This document shows positions 35,805-44,804 of a DNA stretch of 56,040 nt, piece by piece; position 1 is the first letter of the stretch, and each line of letters begins with the position of its first letter. The notes beneath the pieces were generated by a model, which had not been told where the DNA came from, searched no databases, and saw only the letters and a list, made by a program, of their open reading frames with translations. Source of the DNA: an uncultured Gemmatimonadota bacterium. Its GTDB lineage: Bacteria; GCA-2686955. Made by a program: the position numbers and the translations under genes. The DNA is taken from the NCBI GenBank assembly GCA_964490075.1, contig CAZBBK010000036.1, forward strand, positions 1 to 56,040. The letters run 5' to 3'.

Positions 35805-36557
35805 TCAGGCGAAGCTCTCGACCAACGAGCGAACCACCAGGTACCAGCCGTCGGTGAGAACGAAAAGGAGGATCTTGAATGGCAGCGAGATCATCACCGG
35901 CGGCAGCATCATCATTCCCATCGACATCAGCACCGATGCCACGACCATGTCGATGACCAGGAAGGGGATGTAGAGCATGAAGCCGATCTGGAAGGCGATC
36001 CTGAGCTCGGAGACGACGAAGGCCGGCACGATGGTCGAGAAGCCGAGATCTTCCGCAGATCCCGGGCGCTCGGCGCCGGCGATGCGCACGAAGAGACCGA
36101 GGTCCTTCTCGCGTGTCTGACGCAGCATGAATCCCTTGAGCGGCTCCTCCGCGAGCGCCAGGCCCTCGCCCTGGGTGATCTCTCCGTCGAGATAGGGCTG
36201 CAAGGCGTGGTCGTGGATCTCGGTGAGGATCGGACGCATGATGAACAGAGTCAGGAAGAGGGCCAATCCGATCAGCACCTGGTTGGGCGGCATCTGGTGG
36301 GTGCCCAGCGCCTGGCGCAGGAAGCCGAAGACGATCAACAGACGAGTGAAGCAGGTGGTGAGGATGAGGATGGCGGGAGCCAGCGACAAGATCGTGAGGG
36401 CGACGATGACTTGAATCGTGGTGGCGACATCTTCTGGAGCGTCGCTGGCGCCGATGTCGAGCTGGACCGATGGCAGGGGCGCCTGGGCGCACGCCTCGGG
36501 AGCCGCGAGCAGCAGGCCGAGCACGGCGATGAGCAGCACGGAGGCGGCAGGGTACAC
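35805..36557 (-). CDS. fliP: Export apparatus protein FliP
   Basis: PPNQVLIGLALFLT, GMMMLPP..ISLPFKILLFVL.DGW. Confidence 0.96.
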   Translation of the reverse strand: MYPAASVLLIAVLGLLLAAPEACAQAPLPSVQLDIGASDAPEDVATTIQVIVALTILSLAPAILILTTCFTRLLIVFGFLRQALGTHQMPPNQVLIGLALFLTLFIMRPILTEIHDHALQPYLDGEITQGEGLALAEEPLKGFMLRQTREKDLGLFVRIAGAERPGSAEDLGFSTIVPAFVVSELRIAFQIGFMLYIPFLVIDMVVASVLMSMGMMMLPPVMISLPFKILLFVLTDGWYLVVRSLVESFA

Positions 36558-36922
36558 TAGGCGGGCTCCTTGCTCGAGGCGCGCTCGATGGAATCCTGGA
36601 ACGAGGGGGGCGCCGTGTCGAGCTCGGCGAGGGTTCGATAACCGTCGCCGGTTTCGGAGAGCATGAAGACCCGGCCCTCGACGCGCACCAGGAGCAGAGC
36701 TTTGCGCGGTGCCAGGTACTGGCGGCCCAGCACCTCGGCGAAGGGGGCGCCCCGCAGTCGGGAGACCGCGCCGGGAGCCAACGCGGGCAGCCAGCGCCGC
36801 GCGCTCACCAGCAGCACCACGACGATCAGGGTGCCGAACAGAAGACGCAGCGCCGGACCCCAGATCGACAGGGGCTCGGCGCCGGCGAGCAGCGTGTCGG
36901 TGCTGTCGGCCCAGCCCTTCAT
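36557..36922 (-). CDS. fliO: FliO-like protein
   Basis: Single TM, then LAPRKALLLVRVEGRVFML; lies between fliN and fliP. Confidence 0.75.
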   Translation of the reverse strand: MKGWADSTDTLLAGAEPLSIWGPALRLLFGTLIVVVLLVSARRWLPALAPGAVSRLRGAPFAEVLGRQYLAPRKALLLVRVEGRVFMLSETGDGYRTLAELDTAPPSFQDSIERASSKEPA

Positions 36923-37467
36923 CGGCTCTGCGCGATGCCCCGCAGGCGGTCGAGACGACTCAGCATCTTGGTGATGCGGATGCCGAAGTTGTCGTCGATG
37001 ACGACGATCTCTCCGGTCGCCATCACGACGCCGTTGATCACCAGGTTGGCCGGCTCGCCGGCCATCTTGTCCAGGGTGATGACCGAGCCTCGCTGCAGAC
37101 CGAGAATCTCCTTGACCAGTTTCTTGGCCCGGCCCAGCTCGACGACCACCGGCAGGTGGACGTCGAGCACCAGATCGAGATCGACATGGTCCAACGCTGG
37201 CGCGGTGCCGTCCAGCTTATCGAGCTTGACCGGTGTCGCCGCCACCTGGTCCTGAGCTTGCGGCGCCGGTTTCTCGTGCGTCGCGTCCAGCACCTCGGCC
37301 TCCTGCTCGAGGAGCAACTCCTCATCGGTCTGATCGTCGCTCTCGGCGAGCAGGCTCTCGACCTCGTCGGGACTGAGCTGGTCGTCCTCGTCGGGCTTGT
37401 CGGTGTCTTCGAGCTGCTCGGAGCTAGGCTCCATTGTTCCGTCCTGGGTGATTTCCTCTTCCGCCAT
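36919..37467 (-). CDS. fliN: C-ring protein FliN with an acidic N-terminal extension
   Basis: LDVHLPVVVELGR, LDKMAGEP, GEIVVIDDNFGIRI. Confidence 0.92.
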   Translation of the reverse strand: MAEEEITQDGTMEPSSEQLEDTDKPDEDDQLSPDEVESLLAESDDQTDEELLLEQEAEVLDATHEKPAPQAQDQVAATPVKLDKLDGTAPALDHVDLDLVLDVHLPVVVELGRAKKLVKEILGLQRGSVITLDKMAGEPANLVINGVVMATGEIVVIDDNFGIRITKMLSRLDRLRGIAQSR

Positions 37468-37476
37468 CGGTTTCTC

Positions 37477-38541
37477 CTAGGCCGGCTGCTCCGGGTCGCT
37501 CTGGGGGGTGTCGGTGATTTCGGCGATGTCGTCCGGGGGATGTTCTTCGGTGATCTGGACCGCCTTCTTCATTCCGTTCAGGCCCGGCTTGCCGCAGAAT
37601 CGAAAACGGTCGCCGACCAGCACCTGAATCGGCTCGTCGGCCGACTGGTCGAGACGAATCACATCGCCCGCTTCCAGCTGCACGAAGTCGCGCATCGGCA
37701 CCTGGGTGCTGCCCACCACGGCGCGCAGATCCAGCAGCGTGTTGTGGGTCTCACGCGTTAGCAGCGATTTTTCCGTGGGAGTCTGTCCGCGCAGATTCGA
37801 TACGAACCACGAGGTATTGGAGAGCTGCCCGAGCATCGGCTCCAGCAGCAAGTATGGGAAACAGATCGAGAGCAGGCCGTAGCTCTCCTCCATGATCACC
37901 TTGAAGGAGAGGAAGAGCACGATGTCGTTCTGCAGAGAGATCTGCACGAAGCGTGGGTTCGACTCGGTGGAGTGGAGCTTGGGACGGAACTCGCAGAAAG
38001 GGGCCCAGGCGGTGGTCAGGTCCTCGAAGGCCCGATCGACGATGCGCCGGCTGACCGCGTCCTCGATGTGGGTGAGCTCGCGGCTGTTGTCGATGGATCT
38101 GCCCCTTCCGCCGAAGAGCCGGTCGACGATCGAGAACACCAGCGGCAGATTGACCTCGAAGAAACCCTTGCGCTCCAGGGGCTCGACATCGAAGACGAAG
38201 AGCGAGGTCGGATTCTGCAGCGACATGATCACTTCGGAGTAGGTGAGCTGGTCGATCGACTCGATCTGGATCTCGATGAAGGAACGCAGGATCGACGACA
38301 GGCTGGTCGAAAACAGGCGCGAAAAACTGTCGTGAATCGAGAGCAGAGTGCGCAGCTGGTCCTTGGAGATCCGATTGGGGCGTTTGAAGTCGTAGTCGAA
38401 TACGTGATCGCTCTCGTCTTCGCGCGCGACCTGTTCGGCCGCGGTGTCGATCGTCATCGGCTCGTCGTCGAAGCTGTCGACGAGGGAGTCGATATCGGTC
38501 TGTGACAGGCCTTCGGTCGAGTCGGGAAGTTCGGGCTTCAT
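37477..38541 (-). CDS. fliM: C-ring protein FliM
   Basis: LSQTDIDSL, YDFKRPNRISKDQLRTL, DRLFGG.G, ESNPRFVQI. Confidence 0.94.
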   Translation of the reverse strand: MKPELPDSTEGLSQTDIDSLVDSFDDEPMTIDTAAEQVAREDESDHVFDYDFKRPNRISKDQLRTLLSIHDSFSRLFSTSLSSILRSFIEIQIESIDQLTYSEVIMSLQNPTSLFVFDVEPLERKGFFEVNLPLVFSIVDRLFGGRGRSIDNSRELTHIEDAVSRRIVDRAFEDLTTAWAPFCEFRPKLHSTESNPRFVQISLQNDIVLFLSFKVIMEESYGLLSICFPYLLLEPMLGQLSNTSWFVSNLRGQTPTEKSLLTRETHNTLLDLRAVVGSTQVPMRDFVQLEAGDVIRLDQSADEPIQVLVGDRFRFCGKPGLNGMKKAVQITEEHPPDDIAEITDTPQSDPEQPA

Positions 38542-38560
38542 GGGTCGGTCCGCACGCGGG

Positions 38561-39085
38561 CTACTGAATGACGAAGTCGGTGAGGTAGATGTTGGTGACG
38601 GTTCCGGTGATCATGCGATCGTTGAGCTGCTCCTGGATCTCCATGCGAATCAGGTCCTTCTCTTGGAGCGTGTCGACCTCGTCCAGGGACTTGGAGGTGA
38701 GGATCCCGATGAGTGTGTCGAGAACCTGGGGCTGGCGGGTTTCGATCTCGGTGTAGGCGGCTTCGGAATCGACCTCGATGCCGAAGCCACACTTGATATA
38801 GCGCGGCATTCCAGAGTGGCCGGCCGGGTTGACCACCAGCTCCGGGATCAGGAAGACGCTGCCGATCTCTTCTCGATCGTCGGCGAGGGTCGTCTCCTCG
38901 GCGGGGAGCTCGTGGCCGTCGATGCGGAAGAGCACCTGGGTGATGAGCGCGTAGGAGATCGCCATCTGGGCCAGGAGCACCGCACCCAGCACTAGGGGCA
39001 AGCGCAGCGCGCCGCCGCCTTTGGCCTTCTTGGCGGCCGGCTCGGGGGTGTTGCCGGCTTCCTTCTTCTCTTCTTGGTTGGCCAT
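38561..39085 (-). CDS. fliL: Basal body-associated protein FliL
   Basis: N-terminal TM, LVVNPA, C-terminal IYLTDFVIQ. Confidence 0.88.
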   Translation of the reverse strand: MANQEEKKEAGNTPEPAAKKAKGGGALRLPLVLGAVLLAQMAISYALITQVLFRIDGHELPAEETTLADDREEIGSVFLIPELVVNPAGHSGMPRYIKCGFGIEVDSEAAYTEIETRQPQVLDTLIGILTSKSLDEVDTLQEKDLIRMEIQEQLNDRMITGTVTNIYLTDFVIQ

Positions 39086-39109
39086 GGTTGCTCTCTTCGG
39101 CTGTGGGGC

Positions 39110-39853
39110 TCAGCTCGTCTCCGGAGTCGATACGGAGCTCATGAACTCCGGCGTGCCGAGCTCCTGGTCCATCAGGACTCGGAGCTCCACGCGCCGGTTT
39201 CTTGCTCGGTTCGCGGGACTGTCGTTGACGGCGATCGGCTGGTACTCGCCGTGTGCCGTGGCGCTCATTCTGGAGGGGGAGATGCCAAGGCGCTCGAGTG
39301 AGCGCAGCACCGCCATCGCGCGATCGGAGGACAGCTCCCAGTTCGAGGGGTAGCGGGCGGTGTGGATCGGCCGATCGTCGGTATGTCCCGCGATGTCGAC
39401 CTCGCCGTCGGCTGTGGCCAGGATCGTGGCCAGCGACTTCAAGATCGGTGCCGCCCCTCCGCGCAGGTCGGCGTTGCCCGAAGGGAAGAGCAGGCGCTCG
39501 CTGAGCTTGATGCGCAGCTCGCCGCCCTGGCCGTCGATTTCCACCGGCGATCCCAGGCTGTCCGCCTGGCCGACCAACTGCTCGATCTGTCGCCGCACCA
39601 CCGATTGCTGGATCTTGATGGTCGCCAGCGAAGGCCTGGGAGGCGCATCGGTGACGTTCACTGCCGTGGACGATTCGAGCACACCGAAGGCGCCCTTCAG
39701 CGAGCCGGCCAGCTCGCGGAACTTGGCCTCCTGGATCGACGAGAAGGAGAGCAGCAGGACGAAGAAGGCCAGCAGCAGACTCATCATGTCGGCGAAGGTG
39801 ACGACCCACTTCGGCGCCCCTCCCGGCTCTTGTTTCTTGCTTGGACCTGCCAT
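39110..39853 (-). CDS. motB: Stator B subunit (MotB/PomB) with OmpA-like domain
   Basis: WVVTFADMMSLLLAFFVLL, GHTDD, SNWELSSDRA, RNRRVE. Confidence 0.93.
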   Translation of the reverse strand: MAGPSKKQEPGGAPKWVVTFADMMSLLLAFFVLLLSFSSIQEAKFRELAGSLKGAFGVLESSTAVNVTDAPPRPSLATIKIQQSVVRRQIEQLVGQADSLGSPVEIDGQGGELRIKLSERLLFPSGNADLRGGAAPILKSLATILATADGEVDIAGHTDDRPIHTARYPSNWELSSDRAMAVLRSLERLGISPSRMSATAHGEYQPIAVNDSPANRARNRRVELRVLMDQELGTPEFMSSVSTPETS

Positions 39854-39874
39854 GGTGCTGGCTTTCTTCGGGGT

Positions 39875-40657
39875 CTACTCGGCGGCGACCTCGTGGGCTC
39901 GCAGCGCCGGAGCCAGGAAGCTCTTGAGCTTCTGCTCCACCACCCGCGGGTTGTCGCCGGATTGGATGGAGAGCACGCCCTCCAGCATCAGAGACTTGAC
40001 CAGCACCTCCTCCTCGGAACGCGCCTCGAGCTTGTCTTTGATCGGCAGTGCGATCACGTTGGCGACGATCGCGCCGTAGAGGGTGGTCAAGAGGGCGGTG
40101 GCCATGCCGGGGCCGAGCAGGGCGGGATCGTTCATGTTCTGGAGCATCTGCACCAGGCCGACCAGGGTGCCGATCATGCCGAAGGCCGGGCAGTAGTCCC
40201 CGAGCTTGCCGAAAAACGCCGCGCCGACCCGATGCCGCTCGGCGACGTAGGCCAGATCGGTGTCGAGGATCGAGCGGATCAGCTCGGGCTCCATGCCGTC
40301 CACCGCGAGCTCGATGCCGTTGCGCAAGAAGTGGTCGTCGATGCCCTCCGCCTCTTGCTCGAGCACCAGGATGCCCTCCCGGCGCGCCTTCTTGGCGAAC
40401 TCGACGAGCTGTCCGATCACCTCGATCGGCGATTGCGGCTTGGAGAAGAAGGCCTTCTGCACCACGCCGATGGCGCCCAGGAACTTGGGCAGGGGGAAGG
40501 CGGTCATGGTCGCGGCCAGTCCCCCGCCCAGGGTGATCAGCATCGAGGGCAGGTTGACGAAGCCCAGGGCGCCGCCGCCCATGAAGATCGCCAGGCCGAT
40601 CAGGGAGGCCGCGGTGACCAGGCCGGAGATTGTGGAGATATCCACGGCTGGGAGCAT
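39875..40657 (-). CDS. motA: Stator A subunit (MotA/PomA); start may be GTG 40645
   Basis: ARREGILVLE, PAFGMIGTLVGL, ALLTTLYG, IQSGDNP. Confidence 0.94.
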   Translation of the reverse strand: MLPAVDISTISGLVTAASLIGLAIFMGGGALGFVNLPSMLITLGGGLAATMTAFPLPKFLGAIGVVQKAFFSKPQSPIEVIGQLVEFAKKARREGILVLEQEAEGIDDHFLRNGIELAVDGMEPELIRSILDTDLAYVAERHRVGAAFFGKLGDYCPAFGMIGTLVGLVQMLQNMNDPALLGPGMATALLTTLYGAIVANVIALPIKDKLEARSEEEVLVKSLMLEGVLSIQSGDNPRVVEQKLKSFLAPALRAHEVAAE

Positions 40658-40730
40658 CCTCTGCCGGGGTTTTCGCTTCGGCCTCGGGCGCAGGCGCCGC
40701 GCGCCTGGCGCAAGAGACCACTCCTTCGTC

Positions 40731-40757
40731 TCTTCGGCCGCTTTGGCGGATCGTTCA
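40731..40757 (-). promoter_or_regulatory. Sigma-28-like promoter upstream of motA
   Basis: Minus strand TGAA-N15-GCCGAAGA, just downstream of the flgE terminator. Confidence 0.5.
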
Positions 40758-40766
40758 GCTCTATCG

Positions 40767-40802
40767 AAAAAGGGGGCCCCCTGATCGTCGATCGGGGGCC
40801 CC
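40767..40802 (-). terminator. Intrinsic terminator after flgE
   Basis: Minus strand GGGGCCCCCGATCG-A-CGATC-A-GGGGGCCCC hairpin followed by CTTTTT, ~20 nt after the flgE stop. Confidence 0.75.
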
Positions 40803-40821
40803 GTCGCCTACCGGTTCGGGA

Positions 40822-43551
40822 CTAGCGCTTCAGGTTCACGGTCTCGATCAGCATCTCATCCGAGGTCGTGATGACCCGGGTCGATGCCTGGAAGCCGCGT
40901 TGGGTGGTGATCAGATCGGTGAACTCGGCCGCCAGGTCGACGTTGGACTGCTCGAGCCCGCCCGAGACGATCGAGGCGCTGATGGGTGCCCCGGCGGTGC
41001 CGATCACCGCGTCTCCGGAGTTGGCGCCTTCGGCGTAAAGGTTGTCGCCCTCCTTGGTCAGACCGTTCGCGTTGTTGAAGGTGGCCAGGAAGATCTGCGC
41101 CAGGGTCTTGGAAATCGAGTTGGTGTAGTGACCGGTGATCACGCCCAGCTCGTCGATGGTGATCGAGGCCAGATCGCCCTTGCCGTAGCCGTCCTGATTG
41201 GAGGCGACGACGGTCGAAGCCGAGGAGAACTGCGAGATCCCGTCCAGATCACCGAGAGTGCCGGCATCGAACTCGATCTCCACGGTCTCGGCGCCGGTGT
41301 TCGGATCGTAGGTGAGCGCCGCCCCGTCGTCGGAGGCGAAGCTCGCCAGCGAGCCGTCGGAGTTGAAGGAGATGGTTCCGGTGCCGCCGCGCAGCAGGGT
41401 GGCGTCGCTGTCGAGCGAGGCTTCCCAGGTCCAGTAGTTCTCGATCTCGGACTTCTTGAAGGTCAGCACCACGGTGTGGGTATTGCCCAGCGAGTCGTAG
41501 CTCACCACCGAGGCGGTGGTGATCGCGTCCATCGCCTCTTGCAGGGTGTTGAACGACAGACCGTCGGAGAGCACCGCGTTGCCGGGCTCGGTGATCAGGA
41601 TGTTGTCGAGCGAGTCCTCCTCGCCGGGGTCGCCGACGATGTAGAGAGCGCCGTTCGACTGGATCTCGATCCCGGAGCCGCTGCGGATGTCGAGAGCGTC
41701 CTCGATCAGCTCGCCCAGCTCCTCGTAGGTCGCGATATCGGTTCCGATGCGCACCGTGATTCGCTGCAAGGGCTCACCGCCGAGAGTGATGTCGATGTCG
41801 ATCGAGTCGCCGGTATTGAGACCCAGGTGCTCACCGGAGGTCGAGTAGAGGTCGACGAGTTCGTTGTCGGCCGCGGCGGCGATCAGGAAGCGATCGGAGA
41901 GCAGGGAGTCGTCGACCACCAGATCCTCGCCGTCGAGTCTCAGCGCGCGCTCGTAAACGTTGCGATCGGAGGGCGCGACCTCGATCTCCATGTCGCGGAT
42001 ATTGTACGAGTCGACGCCGGCGGGGTTGAAGTAGGAGAGCTTGCCCTCCGTGGTCACGGTGACCTCCGCGCCGGCGCTGACTCCCTGCATGGCGCTCTGC
42101 AGCTCCTCGGCGAGATCGTCGAGCGTGCCGAAATCGTCGCCCGCCACGAAGGAGGCACGGAAAGCGAAGGCATCGGATTTGCCGGTGCGGTCGGTGGCGT
42201 CGAGCTCGCCTTGCAGCTCCGAGACCGCGGCGGCGAATACGGTGTTGGTGCTCGAGGAGCGGATTTCGACCGTAATGTCGTCGGTGGCGTGGTTGTTCTC
42301 GATGCGCAGCGTACCGTCGTCCTCCTCCACGACCGCGATCTCGGTACCGCCGCCGAGACCGGAGAGGTTGAGCTCATCCTCGATGGCGTCGATCAGATCG
42401 CCCCAGTGGTTGGTGTCGGGCTGGATCAGTTCGATTTCGAGGAAATCGGCGTCGATCGTCTCTGTGCCGGCCAGGCCGATCGTCGCCATCTCGGCGGCGT
42501 CGTAGCCCGACATCTTCACGTGAGTAGTTTGGTTCAGCGGTCGAATGTCGAAACTGCTGCCGTTGTCGATCACCTCCAGGGGCGCGCCGGAGGCCTTGAT
42601 TGCCTCGGCGATCTTGTCGACCGCCTGAGAAGCGCTCTCGCCGACCAGCGCGGGAACCGACACCGTGAACGGTTCGAAAACATCGCTGGTGCTCTCGTCG
42701 TGTACCTCGATCGTGAATCCGACCACCTCGCTCAGGAAGTCATCCGTGTCGAGCGTCGCCGACTCGATCTCACCCAGGTAGCCCGAGACATAGAGCGAGT
42801 CGCCGAGCTGCAGGCCGAGCGAGGTGCCCGAGCCGTTGTAGAGCTGGTCGATCTCGGTGCCGCGGCTGGCGAGCGAGTTGAAGAAGACCTGGTCGCCCTG
42901 ATTGATATCGAGCGCCACGCCGCTGCCGTCGTAGAGCGAGAAGATGCTGTCGGTCTCTTCGGGGATCGAGAGCACCCCTTTCGACTGCAAGATGCTCTCG
43001 AGCGGCTCCATCGACGCATCGAGATTGCCGGTCCAATCGACCTGGGTCGTGGCCTGGGCCGGGAACTTCTGCCCGAATGGGAGCGAGATATCGCCCAGGG
43101 TGCGCGATCCCACCAGGCTGCCCTCATCGTCCGCCATGCTCCCTTGCAGCACCAGTCCGGTGCCGGGATCGACCAGCCGGCCGGCGCCGTCGAACTGGAA
43201 CATGTTGGTGCGCGTGAAGTACTTGTTGTCGCCATCGGCCATGATGAAGAAGGCGTCGCCCTGAATGGCCAGGTCGGTGGTCACACCGGTCGAGACGATC
43301 GATCCCTGTATGAAGCGCTGGCCAACGGAGTTGACGTCCATGCCGAGCCCGACCTGGATCGGATTGATGCCGCCGTTGGAGGGGCTGGGCGAGCTGCCGC
43401 TGCGCAGCGTCTGCGACATGATGTCGCTGAAGGCGACGCGTCCGGACTTGTAGCCGAAGGTATTGATATTGGCGATGTTGTTACCGATCACATCCATCCG
43501 AACCTGGTGGTTTCGCAGGCCGGACACACCACTGTAGAGAGAACGCAACAT
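40822..43551 (-). CDS. flgE: Hook protein FlgE, large form (909 aa)
   Basis: MLRSLYSGVSGL..HQ..MDVIGNNIANINT.GYK; C-terminal LEQSNVDLAAEFTDLITTQRGFQA; RBS GGAGGG. Confidence 0.95.
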   Translation of the reverse strand: MLRSLYSGVSGLRNHQVRMDVIGNNIANINTFGYKSGRVAFSDIMSQTLRSGSSPSPSNGGINPIQVGLGMDVNSVGQRFIQGSIVSTGVTTDLAIQGDAFFIMADGDNKYFTRTNMFQFDGAGRLVDPGTGLVLQGSMADDEGSLVGSRTLGDISLPFGQKFPAQATTQVDWTGNLDASMEPLESILQSKGVLSIPEETDSIFSLYDGSGVALDINQGDQVFFNSLASRGTEIDQLYNGSGTSLGLQLGDSLYVSGYLGEIESATLDTDDFLSEVVGFTIEVHDESTSDVFEPFTVSVPALVGESASQAVDKIAEAIKASGAPLEVIDNGSSFDIRPLNQTTHVKMSGYDAAEMATIGLAGTETIDADFLEIELIQPDTNHWGDLIDAIEDELNLSGLGGGTEIAVVEEDDGTLRIENNHATDDITVEIRSSSTNTVFAAAVSELQGELDATDRTGKSDAFAFRASFVAGDDFGTLDDLAEELQSAMQGVSAGAEVTVTTEGKLSYFNPAGVDSYNIRDMEIEVAPSDRNVYERALRLDGEDLVVDDSLLSDRFLIAAAADNELVDLYSTSGEHLGLNTGDSIDIDITLGGEPLQRITVRIGTDIATYEELGELIEDALDIRSGSGIEIQSNGALYIVGDPGEEDSLDNILITEPGNAVLSDGLSFNTLQEAMDAITTASVVSYDSLGNTHTVVLTFKKSEIENYWTWEASLDSDATLLRGGTGTISFNSDGSLASFASDDGAALTYDPNTGAETVEIEFDAGTLGDLDGISQFSSASTVVASNQDGYGKGDLASITIDELGVITGHYTNSISKTLAQIFLATFNNANGLTKEGDNLYAEGANSGDAVIGTAGAPISASIVSGGLEQSNVDLAAEFTDLITTQRGFQASTRVITTSDEMLIETVNLKR

Positions 43552-43565
43552 TTCTAGGCCCTCCG

Positions 43566-43674
43566 GCGCGGGAAGGCTACCCGCGCGGGAAGAGGTTTCA
43601 CTAGCTCTTCGAAGCCCCGCGTCGGTCGATCGGCGGGACAAGGGCCTCCTCGAGCTGAGCTCGAGGTCCGGCCC
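43566..43674 (-). ncRNA. Candidate structured cis-regulatory RNA leader of flgE (four hairpins)
   Basis: Stems at 43642-43674, 43615-43638, 43589-43610 and 43566-43586 fill the 134-nt intergenic region up to the RBS; no U-tract. Confidence 0.45.
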
Positions 43675-43685
43675 CAGCCAAAAAA

Positions 43686-44066
43686 TCAGATCATCACCGC
43701 GGCATCGATTCCGGTGTAGACCCGGGCTTGGGCTTCCCCGGATGTGTGGGCGGTGACCACCACACGGTTTGGGATGTTGACGACGAAGGCGCGGTCCCTT
43801 TGCATCAAGAGCGCGTCGCGGGCACCCTTCTCGGCAACCGCGTCGACCGCCTGCTCCAGCGCGCGTCGATCCTCGTTGCTGAGGTCGATGCCGCGGCTCT
43901 GCAGCCGCGCGTTGGCGTGGGCGGAGAAACGCAAGGGATCGGGCAGCTTGGCGCGCAATGTGTCGGCGAAGTCGCCCACCCGCGGCGGTGGGGGGTGGGT
44001 GCGCGGTCGCGCCGCGGCCGGCGTCTGCGCCGCCGGGTTGATCCGCGCCAGGGTGATGCGGTCCAT
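43686..44066 (-). CDS. TIGR02530-family flagellar operon protein
   Basis: LRFSAHA..RL..RGI.L, KGARDAL.......FVVNIPNR.VVTA, VYTGIDAAV; lies between flgD and flgE. Confidence 0.85.
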   Translation of the reverse strand: MDRITLARINPAAQTPAAARPRTHPPPPRVGDFADTLRAKLPDPLRFSAHANARLQSRGIDLSNEDRRALEQAVDAVAEKGARDALLMQRDRAFVVNIPNRVVVTAHTSGEAQARVYTGIDAAVMI

Positions 44067-44069
44067 GGC

Positions 44070-44780
44070 TTATGCCTCCTCTTCGGGGCTCTGGGGTGGA
44101 TCGTCGGCATCGCGCGAGGGCTCGTTGATCTCGAGCACGTCCGAGAGCAGAACCACGCGGTCGCCGAGCAGGAGCACCGAGCCGCCGCCGCCGTAGCGCA
44201 CGCCGGTCACGGTGCCGGTGGTGAAGGTCTGGACTTGAACGGTCTCTCCGCTGTCGGAGAGGGCCGAGACGGAAAAGGTGTAGTTGCCGGCGGGCAGATC
44301 GTTGCCGTAGTCGTCGGTGCCGTCCCAGTCGACGCTGTTGCGGCCGCTGGCCAGATCGTCCTGATTGATGCTGCGGACCGTGGCACCGGCGCTGTCGGTG
44401 ATGGTGATCGTCACGTCGGCATCGGCCTGCAGCTCGAAGTCTAGGCTGTGGCCTTCGCTCGATGTGTCGCGATCGATCTGGTCGCCGAAGGCGAGCACCT
44501 CTTTGCCCAGGAAGGTCGTGGTGAGCGAGTTGGTGTTGCCTTGGATCAGCGCCTGTTGGGCGTCGAGGTTCTCGTTGACCAGGGTCATCTGCTCCAGCGA
44601 GGAGAACTCCGCGAGCTGGGCGACGAAGGCGGTGTTGTCCATCGGCGAGAGCGGATCCTGGTGGCGGAGCTGGGTGACCAGCAGCTTCAGGAACTCGTCC
44701 TTGCCCATGTTGCCGGTCTGAGCGCTGCTGAGGGCCGAGGCCGGATCGGAGGTGTTGGAGGCGGGAGGCGTGACTTGCAT
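44070..44780 (-). CDS. flgD: Hook capping protein FlgD
   Basis: MGKDEFLKLLVTQLRHQDPLSPMD...FVAQLAEFSSLEQ; WDGTD..G..LP.G.Y Ig domain. Confidence 0.95.
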   Translation of the reverse strand: MQVTPPASNTSDPASALSSAQTGNMGKDEFLKLLVTQLRHQDPLSPMDNTAFVAQLAEFSSLEQMTLVNENLDAQQALIQGNTNSLTTTFLGKEVLAFGDQIDRDTSSEGHSLDFELQADADVTITITDSAGATVRSINQDDLASGRNSVDWDGTDDYGNDLPAGNYTFSVSALSDSGETVQVQTFTTGTVTGVRYGGGGSVLLLGDRVVLLSDVLEINEPSRDADDPPQSPEEEA

Positions 44781-44804
44781 GACGAGACTCCTTTTGCTGG
44801 GGTG

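Noticed and set aside
44101-44128. Sigma-28-like TCAA-N16-GCCGACGA inside the 3' end of flgD
   Set aside because: 16-nt spacer, and GCCGACGA is common coding sequence (Ala-Asp-Asp) here.
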